Positions 1-13,788 of a stretch of DNA of 64,000 nt are shown here, in pieces (the stretch's first letter is position 1; the number at the start of each line of letters is the position of its first letter). Made by a program: the position numbers and the translations under genes. The stretch is taken from NCBI RefSeq assembly GCF_000150275.1, contig NW_002060944.1, forward strand, positions 3,386,152 to 3,450,151, in the 5' to 3' direction. The notes beneath the pieces were generated by a model, which worked only from the letters and a program-made list of their open reading frames with translations, was not told the DNA's origin and ran no database searches. This DNA comes from Trichoplax adhaerens. Taxonomy: Eukaryota > Animalia > Placozoa.

Positions 1-72
1 TTGATACTTTCGTACTTAATATCAATAGCAATCGAAAATACTTTTACTAGTGTTATTATTATTATTTTTTAG

Positions 73-3000
73 GGAGTTGATGGGAGAACCGTTGTTGAGC
101 ATCCTCCTTCAGTCAATCCTATTATATTTTCAACAAATTCTAAAAACTTTTTTTCAAGTGGCAAGGTAACACTTCAGTAATTCGAATATCTGCACGTGTA
201 TCTTCTTGTAATTACTTTATAAAGCAACCAATTAACTGAGCCGTAGCAAGTTGGCTTTCAGAATTGTAATTACTATCTTTAACATTTTGAGCGACATTAC
301 TAGCGTTATTATATCTCTTGAAGTATGCGTGTTTGATATATTTTTTATGCTACACTGTATTATCATAAGCCATCTAGTGGTTGGACACAGGACGTGCACT
401 ACAACTTAACATATTTACTATTGGACATTAATAATCTAAAATTATTTTGATTGATGTTAGATATCCTGTAGTGTACCAGGCTTCACGAAATGGTCAGATG
501 GATTTTCAATTGATGCAGTTGGTAATGCTGGTTGTATACAGTGTCATAATCTCAAGGACAAGAACTTATTTGAGATTGGCATAAGTTCATCTTTATCCAA
601 TTTCGGATTAACAAAATTTGTGAAGTTTTCTCCCTTCCATGTTATCTCTAACCAAACGAATGTAAGTCTTAATTCTACGTTCGCTTATATTGAAAAGCAA
701 TGGTAAAAGTTGGAGATGCAATCTGGCGAGTTTGATATTTAAGATGTTTTTATATCGCAGTATGCTATAACATGTATGGAAAGTGGTGTAAATAACCCAT
801 ATTCAGTGATGGTTCCCGCAGGCAAGGTATGAAACGATATGGACGTAATGCACAATTATCATTTTTAGCAAGTTATCATTTGCCTATTCGTTAGCTGCCA
901 AATCAGGCAAAAAGCTAACAGATATATATTACTGTATAGGTTATCCCGTTTTGGCCATCAAATGGAAAAGTAAAGATGCGAATTACAGCTGGCACTGGTC
1001 GAATTTATTCACCTCCTTTTAAGTTTAATGTAGACAACAGCTTTTTACTTAAATTAGACAACGAGGTAATAAACCCTTACATTATTATTTATACACCTCG
1101 AGGAAAACTTAATGATTATTCTTTAGTTTGCATTTCATTTATCTTGCATTTAATTTTCTATACCGTGATGAAAAAATTTCGTTAATAATTATAATGTTAT
1201 TATTAGATTGGTGCTATCAACGCTAGCGTGCAGATCTTAGAGTCATCCAATATAATATCATTTTACCCATATACCAGTGGTTCTGTGCCTGCTCTACTTA
1301 TTAACCGATTATCGAATTTGACCATTGAGTATCGGCAATCGTAAGTTGTTTGCGTTTATAATTCAAATGCCTTTAAATTGATTTAAAGTATTTAAAATTA
1401 TTTCAGTCAGATTACAATAAATAGATTAAGAGTTTAAGGTATCAAAGTTTAAAAAATGCCATTCTAATTCTATCCTTAGCAATGAATCTTTAAACCATAA
1501 ATTAGAACCTGGTACACATCGTTATTACGCGTTGGATTATCCCAGTGGGCCATCAAAGATATGTTGGTGGATTTCCGGACGAGAAAAAGAGACAGAAAGC
1601 AAGAAAGTCAATATTGTAGAGGTAATAGCTGAAGGCGAAAAATCTACCTTTTAAATAACTTCTGTCACATAAAATCACTTTCACCAGTCAGGTCATCCTT
1701 ATTTGTTATTTTTATATTATAATTATTAGAATCAACTAGCTGATCATACAGTCAAAGGCCAAAAGATGTACTGTATATCCTTTTTGGATGGATTACAACG
1801 AGTTATACTTTTCACACCTGATGCCAGCATTGCCTCTAGAGCATTGAAGGCAAATTACATATTCTTCGTATTAGTACTGTTGTAGAATGTATGTTACAGA
1901 TTCTCATCAATTATCTCTTACTAATAGGAAGTAAGGCTAGAACGTCGAGATATTGATGTACACATTAATGTCCATGGTATCGGTCTATCATTAGTCAACG
2001 ATCGAATTGGTGTCGAAATAGCGTATATTTCCATGTCTTCGTAAGTACACGCACGGATGGATGAATAGACACAATAAAGGATTATAGTTGAGTGGAAATT
2101 TTTAAAGAAATTTTTACATTTTGCAGATCTACTTGTGAATGGAAATATAAAAACAAGAAGGGTCGTTGGCAAGAGTTAAAAGGGGAAATATCTCAACGCA
2201 TTGAGAACGCCTGGTTAAACTATCAGCAAATGATCGCACGCGGTCAGGAAGTCTCGGAAGAAGTTATATTGAACGAAGACTTTAAGGTAATCTAACTTAC
2301 ATGAAACAGAGTTTTTTCTTAATGAATTATAATAAACTGTAAGCGATTGGCGTATTCGCTATTTAACTAGGTAAACTTTCGTAAAATGATTATGATACGA
2401 AATCATGATCATCCAATCAAACGTCTGTATAGTCCTGGTATAGCCATAGAATATGGTAAATCTCCCAGTCAACAATACTTTTCGGTTACAGTAAATAATA
2501 TACAGGTAAATGGAAAAAACTTACTTAAATGAATGCATAATGCATAGAATACAGGGTTTTAGTGATAAAATAACTTTTTGAAAATATTTACGTAAGATTC
2601 GTGGTATTATATTTATGAAGATTTCGATGTCACAATAACTATTGTATATACTGCACATAGGTTGATAACCAGAGGTCATACCCGTATTTTCCAGTGGTAT
2701 TTTGCCCAGTCCCTCCGCCAAAATATGCCAGTGAAGAAATTGGTAATAAATTAAAATTAAACTTTCCAACTGTAATTATTAATTGCAATCATAGCCTTGG
2801 ATTAGTTGACAATAGAACTATATCTTTCTAATACACAAAGACACTCAATGTAATTATTGGAATATAAGTAAGAAATGCGTAATGCGATTGAAAATCAGTT
2901 AAAGAACGTATAAGTTCCCATAACGTATCATCACAGTTATTTAGAGTGCGAAACTTTAGTATCTACTTAATTAATATTGCATTACTGCGCTGCCTAAACT

Positions 3001-6000
3001 GCACGATTTTTTGGATCAATCTATTAGCCGCTCAACCTTTCATTCAACTGTGCGTTATTGTCAAAGAAGAAGAGCGAGCAGACTTTAAGCAAATCCAGTA
3101 CGTTTATGAATTCTTATAAAAGACTTGCTTTAGCTTAATAGTAGAGAAATAGAGCTTTGTGTCTTTTATCAATCTAATAAGGTATCTAAGGCTCCTGATA
3201 CAAGAAATGAAAATTCAAGTAGACAGAGGATTTATAATGGATATGATTGATATTTTTCAAGAGAGAATCATGCCAAATGAGGTATTCTATTTCATATGAT
3301 GATCTCAATTATTAGTCAATATCGGAATCTAATTCGTGGAACTATTGTTGCCAATGCATTGGCATAATTATATCCAATTTAAGGATGATTTATTCAAAAA
3401 GGATCTGGACTATCTTAATTCTTCCGAAGTTCAGAGTGATACTGTGGTAGCAAGCCATTTTACGATTATGCTTAAGTGTTACCTTTTTTCCAGAAAGTGT
3501 TTCTGCGTTTCAATTAAATTTTGTGTCTTCTCAGTCTGTAGACGAAAAGTTGAAGGATTACTACCAAGATCTTCATTTATCACCTATAAAAGTATATCAA
3601 AATGGAATTTTGGTGTTTTATTAAATTTTACTGCGCTAATATATGCAATGTTACCTTACGAGGATACGTTTCTGTTTTCCTTTCTTAGTTGGATTTAAGC
3701 TTTTCAATCAACGAAGGAGCACAAACATCCACAAACCACACTGATGACTTTGTTATGAATAGTGCTATATTAGATGTAGCTATTAACACCGTTGGCTCAG
3801 CTGCGACATCAGTTCGTGATGCACAATTTAGGTTAGCAAAAGTGGCCTTAATGTGAATACATGATTGCATTTTTTACCGTTTCTTATTGGTGTTTGTAGT
3901 TTTAAAATACTTATCTACAACTTTCATTTCATAACATCAGATTAAGTTATTTCGAAAGAAGGAACATGTTTTACAGTAGAAAGCAGCTAATATCTCAGAC
4001 TATTGAATATTACCGAAATCAAGTAACTAAATAAATACTGCATTAATTTATCAATGCAGGTATAAAAAATTTAATGCGTTGACTTCCAAACATTATTATT
4101 TATCAACCATAGTTTATTCAGCAAGCTTATATGGTTGTTTTTGGCCTTGACGCTCTTGGAAATCCATCACATCTATTTAATGACTTTAAGACCGGCATAC
4201 AAGATTTCTTTTACGAGCCATATCAAGTACGAATTTTGTTTCGTGTTATACGTGTATAAAGTTTCGTATACTCCATGATATCATCTAAAAATTTATTTGA
4301 TAATATTAATAACAAAGGGAGCAGTTACGGGACCGGCTGAATTTTTTGAAGGTCTTGGACATGGAGTCACTGGCCTACTAGGCCATACTATTGGTAAGGA
4401 TATTTTATAATAAATCTATAGTACATTTTAAACGTTTCTTTTAATCGAAACGAGATTTATAACCGTTTCAGTATTATATGACTTAACTTTAGTGCAACTC
4501 TACTTTATCAATATCATATGAAAATTGTATCAATGCACGATTTATTTTAATTTACGATAAAGGTGGTACCTTCAGTGCCGCCTCGCGTATAACCGATACT
4601 GTCGGCAAAGGATTTGCTGCACTATCGATGGATAAGGAGTATCAACGTGAGCGACAGAAAGCCTCATCTTCAAAGCCAAGTGATCTTGGAGAAGGATTAC
4701 TGCGTGGCGGTAAAGGATTTGCCAAAGTAAGCTCTAATAGATTTCTCAAAATTTTACATTGTTATACTGATAAATTCATAAAGGAGTAATTCTTGTCATG
4801 TGTGAAGGGTCTTTGGTCTGGCGTTAGCGGTATAGTTACCAAGCCCATCGAAGGTTTGATTAATTTATCTTTGCAAGCATCCTAATCTAAATCTTATACA
4901 ATATTACATGTAATATTGCTGCTTTATCCAGTCGATTAAAAGTATTACTCCAGTGCCCGCTATTTATTCGTATCGCTAATTTTTGAGCTTAAAATTGAAC
5001 ACTAGGAGCAGAAAAGGAAGGTGTTTCTGGATTCTTTAAAGGAGTTGGCAAAGGTTTAATTGGTTCAATTGCTAAACCGACTGGTGGAGTGGTTGACATG
5101 GCAACGAGTACTTTTCAGGGCATCAAAAGGTTGGCATTTGAATTCGTTTTATGTACAAGACTGCAATTGCGCCCAAAGTGAAATATTTATAAATACTCAT
5201 AAAATAAGAAATAACTCTTTCTTAGCATGTCAGGTATAGACAAGGAGCTGAATAGAATTCGTCCGGCCCGTTTTATTCATCGAGATAACGTAAGCAAATA
5301 AAGGTGTAGATGATAATTGAAATGAGATGTTCGTAATCCTCCAATAGCATCACGAATAAATAATTAATGAATTATTATGAAGGTAATCCGCGCATACGAT
5401 AATCATGAAGCTCAAGGAAATCACATATTAAAGGTATTGTAATGAAAATTGTGTTTTTGTATTGAATCTATCCTTGTACTCAAGTCTTTAATTTTTATTA
5501 CTATTGTGTTGTGGAATTATAGGGTATGTCTAAAGATGCATTTGGATATGACAATCTGCAAGAAGACGCATACGTTGCTCACGCTTTCGTGGATAGAATG
5601 AATAGGAAATTAATTATGATTACTACAAAGTGAGCTGACCCCTAATAAAGCGACAGTATATCTCGGATACAGAATACAAAGTAACACTAAGTTCTAAAAT
5701 TGCTTTTTAATTGGTTTCAAATTAGGCGAATCTTGAAAGCAGAAATACTAACAGAAAATGAACTGTGGAAGTGTTCGTGGCAATGTAATTTTGATGATAT
5801 GGAAGAATTGCCAACTTCGACTAAGGAAAATATCACTATTATGGTAAATATGCTATTATCATGTAATTTTTAAGAAGTATGGAATAAGTGAGCCCTTACT
5901 TTAATAGCGGCGTTTTACGATTAAATTATTATAATGTTATCTGGCCGATGGAATAGGAAAAGAAATCTGGTCTTTTTGGTGTCTCGACAGTGTCGACGAA

Positions 6001-6176
6001 GGTTATCGACTGTGGAACTTCAGAAATCGCTATGGTTAGAAGCTACTAATTACCATGATGTCCTAATGTATTAATTCTGGTTTATTCATAATGAAATTTT
6101 TATTAATTTATATTAGTGGCTTCTATTGAGGATAAAAACCGCTTTGGATTACTCAAAGCTGCAGTTTAGCTTTTAA
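73..6176 (+). CDS. VPS13: VPS13A/C-type bridge-like lipid transfer protein, C-terminal part (multi-exon, 5'-partial)
   Basis: A chain of GT-AG exons translates to VPS13 hallmarks: FSIDAVGNAG (VAB), SFLDGLQRVILFT, GIGLSLVND, a WWE-like segment (WKYKNKKGRW), QVDNQ, [62 protein letters not shown] (ATG2-C/APT1-like), RIRPARF and a PH-like end. Stop TAA at 6174-6176. Confidence 0.93.
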
Positions 6177-8358
6177 AATTGAAAAGCTGATGTCCACAAA
6201 AATGTATTGGTTTCTTACTGAAAATGAAGACAAGGTGAAAACGATGGCCTAAAATGATCTCTTCTGGTTATGATTTTAAATAGGTAATGTTGTAATCTGA
6301 TGCGGCCTAGAAGTGAATTTATTTAAGCTAGAAGTCTTGTACTGTAATAGTTATAATATTTATAAGGAAGCGGTATCGATACCGTATTACATATATTTCT
6401 AATTTTACTATACTATCACCTATGTTGTCATTGATATATCTTTATAAGCAATATCTACATTCGAAGTAAGGATGGAAGATGTCAAGATTAATTCTACTCA
6501 GTTCCATTTATGTTATCATGCTGTACTGTACCGTAGGATGAAATTACAGTAATTGATGTTAAAAACTGTCCGATATCAATAATACTGTACATGACCTGTT
6601 GCAGCCAATTTTTACAACACTTTGAGCGTGTTAAATAGTTTTAATCGTAAGTTGATGTGTTTTAAAATATTCGTATAGAATTATGTTGTATCCATTGAGT
6701 GTTGTTCTCTGCTAGTACTCTGATATTAAAGTAAAGTTTTTCATTTCTTAATTGTAAACACTCTTTGCGATTGAAAGGGTTATATATTATGTGTCTAGAG
6801 AGATATTTTCATACTTATTGTACCATTGATTTTAATATCGTAAGATATCTTGTATTTAAAACATATACTATTGTTTATGTGTTTAATTAATATTGTGTAG
6901 AAAGGGTGGACCGTACTGCAGTTAATGTTATCTAATTAATTGAAAGAAATTTTTCCTTTTTAGCTTATTTCTCATCGAAAATATTATCGGTATAATTCCT
7001 ATTTTAATGTTGGGTAATTTAATAAAAAGATGACATACATGCCTCTTATTCATTATGAATAGTAGTTCGATATAGTATGCTACGTTTTCAAGTGATTCAA
7101 TCTATCGGCGATGATTAATTATGAATCCTTCGATTGAAGGCTTTTATTGTAGACGTATTTTATTAGGGGAAACCGTGGCCGAGTTTTCAGGCTAATGAAT
7201 GAAGAGTGTAGCAGAAATTATATTGAATTAGCGTTGAGCCAATCTAATCATAATTTTTCATCCTGGAATATAACATATAGCTAAGACGTCCATGAAGCTT
7301 ATTAGATAATTGATAAGAAAATAATCTTACAAGAAATAATACAAATTCTTCTCTGAATCGCCGTGCTTCCATTGACTTATTATCTAAACAACAGCACCTT
7401 GTTTTATTGGCAAGATTTGATTTGATTAGAATTGGCTATCTCTACGCAATTCGAATTACTTCTTGCTTACTCCGATAGCGCTATTTTTGTCGGAATGCTT
7501 CAAGATTTAATTCGATTGAAAAAGATCACTTCCAGGTCATTCGATTTACTACTTCCTGCCTACGCAGCAGTGCCTTATTAATCTGAATAATTGAAGATTT
7601 GGTTCGATTAGAAATATATTTAAAGCAGAACTCGATTTATTTCTCGCATAAACAATATTAGTTTATTCATCACATTATTTTTATTGGATTGGAAACACAT
7701 TACTCATACGAAATCTCATTTACATCCTGCTCACATAAATGCGTCTTGTTATCGAAATTATACTGTAACATTCGATTCGACCATCAATTAATCTTCTCTG
7801 GGTTACCCTTTCTTTTAAAATGACGATAGTATATATCGAACTGGTCCGTATTGTTTAATAGTTGTTTTAATTCATTAACACCTACGTGCAATTATACATT
7901 ATAATCCTATAATAGCCGTCGTGATAGCAGTATACGCGTACGTAGAAGTTTAAAATGCATTTTATATTGGTTGTTGTTGAATGCAAAAGGCTTTTGAAGA
8001 AAAAGTAAACGTAATTTATCGCCAGACACTAATAGACCTGTACGATTTTAGAGTACCACCACGAAATAACCGCCCACTGTATCTTGTAACTCTATCTAGC
8101 TATTGAACTATGTTAGACTTTCAATTCTAAGTCATAAGTAAAATATATCTCGCATATTTATAGAGTTATAATAGGCTGAAAGATACTGTCTTATTGTTAT
8201 TAAATGATAGGCAATAATTATAAAGTGATCAATTAATTATGCGATAATCTAGACGTCAAGCTGTCTACGAGTTTATATGATTATTTGGTCTCTACACGTA
8301 AAAATATTCTTATAAGACATGTCGAATGGAAGAGATACCCTATTCTAACGTGACAATG

Positions 8359-8850
8359 ATCTAAATAGCGCACATTCTATACGCAGTGTTTAGTTATCCG
8401 GCCTTGTACATAAAAGTCCCGCATTCTTATAGTACACCATATACCAGGTAGAAGAGACACCCTATTCCACCCTCGCTAATACATAACATTTAAGCCTATA
8501 TCTTGAAAAAATAATCATTGCCACGATGGTTTATAGAAATTGATTAAGCTTAAAGTACAAGAGGTTTAGTTATTAACAATTCTGAGAAACTACGACATTG
8601 AATCAGAAAGAATACTACTTTACGGTCTGCAAATAAAAGCAATAATTGCAAAGTAATCTAAATAGCGCACATTCTATATGTTGTATATGAACGAGACCTG
8701 ATGCGAAATCGGTCTCGTTCATATATACCGTACGCGTAACTATCCGACCTGATATATAAAATGTCCCGTATTCTTATGTTATACAAAATATATCGACGGG
8801 TTGGAAAAGTAATCATCATTACGATGATTTATAACGATCGATTAAGCTTG
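8359..8850. repeat. Degenerate direct duplication (~297-bp period); second copy carries an inserted hairpin
   Basis: ATCTAAATAGCGCACATTCTAT occurs at 8359 and 8656. Shared downstream blocks include GTCCCGyATTCTTAT and GATTAAGCTT. Confidence 0.75.
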
Positions 8851-10223
8851 TGGCACAAAGCCTGCTTATTATTCATAATTATCAGTTGCAGAGAAATTGT
8901 ATGACCAATCCATTAATATGTTGCCGTTGGCTATAGAAACTAACCTTGCCTCTCTAGATATACGAGTAGATCAGATTCAATTTCTAATCCCCCAAAAATC
9001 ACCCTATCTGATTCATTGTTGGCCATGATATTTTAAGTAGAGTTTCCTCCTGCTGCGCTTCTATTACATTATCAAAGCTGTCTTGATGTATCTATCGTAT
9101 TAGTTAGTTCGGTTAATACACGGTAACACAGTTATCCTCTTCATACTTGCTCAATAAAGACTACTATTTTCACTCATGATTTCTCTTGTAATTGAATTGC
9201 AATTATACCAGACCCTCAATCTTCCGAAATATCACCGAAACTAAACAAAACTCTTGGATCTTCTCAGCCTAATTCTCTTAGCCTTCACAGTTATACCCAT
9301 ACGAAAGTATTATACCAATAACTGACTGAAGTCCATATTTCAATCTTGATCATTTGTACTCACGCCAATCCAATCATAGCATGAACATCCAGTTGTAAGG
9401 GATTGAAAAATAGGCGACGCCATCGTCTAATAAGAGTTCACTGTGAGTTGTGCTTTGAAGTTGGGGATTTTCCGATAGCTACATCGGTGATAGTTGTATT
9501 TTATCCTTCCACCGCATAATATTAGTGCGCTTTATAGAACCTTGCATTATTATTTATGATTAATGAAGATACGACTAAAGAAATATTTACAGTATAGTTT
9601 GCTCTCGAAAAGAATACCAGGTTAAGCACAGTGCCGCATCTTAGTAAGGTAGTACTGTAGTTTGCAACTCAATACTGGTCGTATTCCTGAGTGAGTATAT
9701 TCAAGTATTCTACTCAATAAACAAAGTATGCAAAATTTACCGAGTATAACTGTAAATGTCAAAATAATCATGGACTCACTGGGTATTCTTCTCATGGTCC
9801 ACGGAATAATACTCGATCTTCGTCACTGTTGCGCTATACTGGAAATATCGTGAACATGTGTAATAAATATGCATACAGTGGATAGTTCATTCTACGTGCT
9901 TAACTATTCTTGATTATGGACTACTCGATATACCGGTGGATCGAGTAGTCCAAGCTACAGAGCTGTCTATCACAATGAATTGGGAACGAATTCTACCATA
10001 GCATGGGCTGGACGCATGGTATTTCTTGTTCATGACCTTAGCTAATACAGTAGACATGAATTCTACACACGCATTTAGATTCGATTTTAGTAACGTTTTT
10101 CGCGATAACTAAGTAGTACAGCCCTAAATAAGCCTTAAGACTAAAATTATAATTGTATATCCACGGTGAATATTGCTGTCATAATTTGGATAGTCCAGTC
10201 GATTGCAGTTAGATATTCCTTGG

Positions 10224-10705
10224 TCGTTGTAAGACGAAGCTAATTTTATGAAATACTGTGCAGTAAAGTGAAGTTTACAAGAAACCGTAGTTCTTGATCT
10301 TCAACTATCCATGCTCTTGCAGACTGTCTACCGGGGCTCATCCAATATTCAAAATAGACTGTACTCAACATCGAGGCAGCATCATCGATACCCTAATAAC
10401 GAGTTCGCTTTGGCCATTTTCGGTCTTCTTTATCGTTGTAAGGCGAAGCTAATTTTATGAAATACTGTGCAGTAAAGTGAAGTTTACAAGAAACTGTAGT
10501 TCTTGATTTATAGTTAAAGATCACTTTATCACAAACTACCAGCACTGCTGTGCTGGTAGTTTGTGATAAAGTGATCTTTAACTATCCATGCTCTTACTGA
10601 CTGTCTACCGGGGCTCATCCAATATTCAAATAGACTGTACTCAACATCGAGGCAGCATCATCGACACCCTAAGAACGAGTTCGCTTTGGCCATTTTCGGT
10701 CTTCT
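10224..10705. repeat. Near-identical tandem duplication (~206-bp unit, copies at 10224 and 10433); copy 2 has a 68-bp insertion
   Basis: Both copies start TCGTTGTAAGrCGAAGCTAATTTTATG and end CCATTTTCGGTCTTCT. Confidence 0.92.
10510..10585. repeat. Perfect 36-bp inverted repeat with 4-nt loop (hairpin/cruciform)
   Basis: ATAGTTAAAGATCACTTTATCACAAACTACCAGCAC, then TGCT, then its exact reverse complement. Confidence 0.95.
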
Positions 10706-11703
10706 ATAAGAAGTCCACCCGTCGAAGTCTTTGCTGTCAGGAACTGCTTGATCCCTATTCACCCACTCAGCCAAGCCACTATTCATCCTACTCGATCCCC
10801 TCAGTCAAAAATGACAAAAAAGAAACCGGGACTACAGTACAAGCAATCCATTGCGACTTAGCAGTGAGTAAGTAAATATGGATCGAGTAGTTCCTCTGGT
10901 TTCTTTTTTACCATCGAGAAAATCTTCTTCATCTTTGAATGAAGAAGGAGGGAAGGAAGGAAGGAAGAGAGGACTGAAACGGTAACTTAGCAATGAGTGA
11001 AACTGCGCTGATGCCTATAACTGGAGTACGCATGACATCGCCACTCCGTCCGTCTCTCCCGTTTACAGTTTAAAGTACTGTACTAGAACTCGACTGCATT
11101 GTAGACTGTACATTGTAAACGTCATCATTTTTTTTTTTTTCTTTCAACTCTGCGATTCTTCAGTAGGCTAAAAATGGTGTGGATGATCGTTGGACTGGTC
11201 ATTTCAACTATACCATCAGCTTGCCGTGGAACAGTCTACCGTCGGAGATGCTTTGTCTTGAAGAAGCTGTCAGGTGGATTTCCCATAGTAGAGTGTCCGC
11301 TTTCAGTGATAGAATAAAATAGAATGACCACAAAACCGACAAGGCTGGACGTTGTGGCCCGACCAACAGCCACTTCACTTGCCCCCTGTACAGTGTACAG
11401 TTCACATTACACCAAACTGTCTTGCACTGTACACTGTACACTATTGTACAGCACAGTACAAAAGTTTTTATCTATGAGTATTGTATTAAAGTAACCAATG
11501 AGATAGCGTTACGCTTATTGTCTTTTAGTTTGATACTAAATCATACTAGAAAAACAAAAAAAAAATTACGCCCCTAGGGCACTCTCTCGCGCTCACTCTC
11601 CATGATCGACATTAGGCTTGCTTAGCAGCCAGCATTCACTCACCATTTCTTTTTCAGTCGATGCTAACTTGGTGTTTGCCTTGATCGAATCCATTTCCCA
11701 GCC

Positions 11704-13788
11704 ATGAAAATCATGCCAGGCAATCGTTTCTTTTGGGCATGCAGTTGTATCCTACTTGGATTGATTGTTCAATGTTTCGCCCATAGCCATGGCGACTCGA
11801 CTGTCAAGCGACAAGTCAGCGGCAATGTTTGGATGGAGGCATTGCTATCGACGGCGTTGATTAGTGCTGCTCCGTTTCTGATTCTTTTTCTCATTCCTAT
11901 TAGTGGTAAATCGAGTGAACAAGCACCACTGTTGAAGGTCTTGCTCAGTTTTGCTTCAGGAGGTTTACTAGGAGATGCATTTCTACACTTGATACCTCAC
12001 GCTGTTTCGCCCCATCATTCCCATGATAGCGACGCCGGCCATGACCATCATCATCATCACGGTCACGATCATGCCGGACATGGTGGCCACGATCATGGAC
12101 ATGGTGGCCATGATCATGTCCATGCTATGCCATTATCGGTCGGATTATGGGTTTTAGCAGGGGTTTTAACCTTTTTTATCGTTGAAAAATTTGTACGCAA
12201 TATTAAAGGTGGACATCATCATCATCATCAAAATGGAGCTCATGGTGGTCATGATCAAAATTCAGCCAGTAACACTTCTCAAAGTACCCAAAAGGAAAAT
12301 AGCACGTTAAGAAAACGAAAAACCAATAAAGATGATGCAAAGGATGCAAGCAAATCAAAATCAGGTCATTTTTTTCTTCAAGCATAAACACACTTATTCT
12401 CATCCAGTCAACTATCCCCTCATCAATCAACTCAGTATGCAAATAATCTCCACTCGTCTTGTCTGTTACGCCATTGGCTTTTCTGTTTAGCGTCATTTTC
12501 AAAGTTGAGATATTCTACAGCACATTACTGTAAAGGCAGTCACAACGCTCTGTGATCAATGGATTAGTCTATCAGAACCACCTTTTACGCCACTAACTAC
12601 ACGTAGAAAAAAATCGTTTTCCTTTTTAACTGGAGCGTTGACTACTGATAAAATGGACATTGATATTGAGTCGACACAAAAATTCATTAGGAGACCTTAC
12701 TACAGTACCATGCTCCAGTTTTGTATGTAGGTTTCACTCCCGTTAAAGGTTTAAACTATCCCAAATAGAATCGAAATCAACGGTATGCACTGGCCATTGA
12801 TTACTGTACTGTGTACATCATCAATAGATTATCGGATAAAAAAGAGCTTTACTGTATGCTATGATGAGAAAATTCTCATCACTTTCTATATGCAATAACC
12901 TACGATGGTAATCGTTTAGAAATATGCTGTAATAGATGCATTCAAAGACACTTCGTGCGATTTTCAGCCTTGTAGTCTCAGTTATTCGAATAAATCACTA
13001 CTGTTGCTTTTTGTAATCTTGAATCGTGCCCATCTCATTCATAATGTATTAGCCTTATGTTCTACTAAAATTGACCATGGTATACGCGTATTTCGATTTC
13101 AGTAAATTATTAATTCTTTCTTTTCTTTGCTGTCTATAGAATCGTCTAGTGATGAAAGCAGTAACGATAGTGACGAGGGCATGAAAGTATCTGGTTTCCT
13201 CAATTTGGCCGCAGATTTCACTCATAACTTTACCGATGGCTTAGCTATTGGTGCATCCTACTTAGCTGGCCAAAAGATTGGCATCATTACAACCATAACT
13301 ATTTTATTTCATGAAGTGCCACATGAAATTGGCGATTTTGCTATTTTAGTTCAATCTGGTTGTTCCAAAAGGAAGGTTAGCAAATTTTAAATACATTTTT
13401 CATGTTGATTGATAATTGTGTAGCAGTCTTACAATAACATCAATTATGAATGACTGGATTGCATCATGCAAGTAGATGCAATCCTATCTGCACTATTTTC
13501 TTACAGTCGATATTCCATATATGATACCATTATTAGGCAATGTTTTTACAACTATCGACAGCAACTGGTGCTATGGCTGGTACTGTGGTAGGCTTATTGG
13601 CCGATGTCGTTGGAAATGCTGCAACCACTTGGATATTACCCTTTACCGCTGGTGGCTTTATCTACATTGCAACTGTAACAGTCATTCCAGAATTATTAGA
13701 TGATTGTAAACCATGGCAAACTTTTAAAGAAGTGATAGCGCTATTGATTGGTATTGCTTTCATGATCGTCATTGCCCTATACGAGTAA
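11704..13788 (+). CDS. SLC39A7: ZIP7/KE4 ER zinc transporter (LIV-1 subfamily); exons 11704-12364, 13140-13375, 13537-13788
   Basis: Signal peptide, [21 protein letters not shown], His-rich loops, [39 protein letters not shown] (HEXPHE motif) and [16 protein letters not shown]. Splice sites are in frame. Confidence 0.96.

Noticed and set aside
10588-10875. 95-aa ORF in the duplicated spacer
   Set aside because: It lies in a tandem repeat copy, and the frame is not preserved in the other copy.
11160-11385. GC-richer block as a known ncRNA (RNase P/MRP, SRP, U3)
   Set aside because: No diagnostic conserved motifs were found on either strand.
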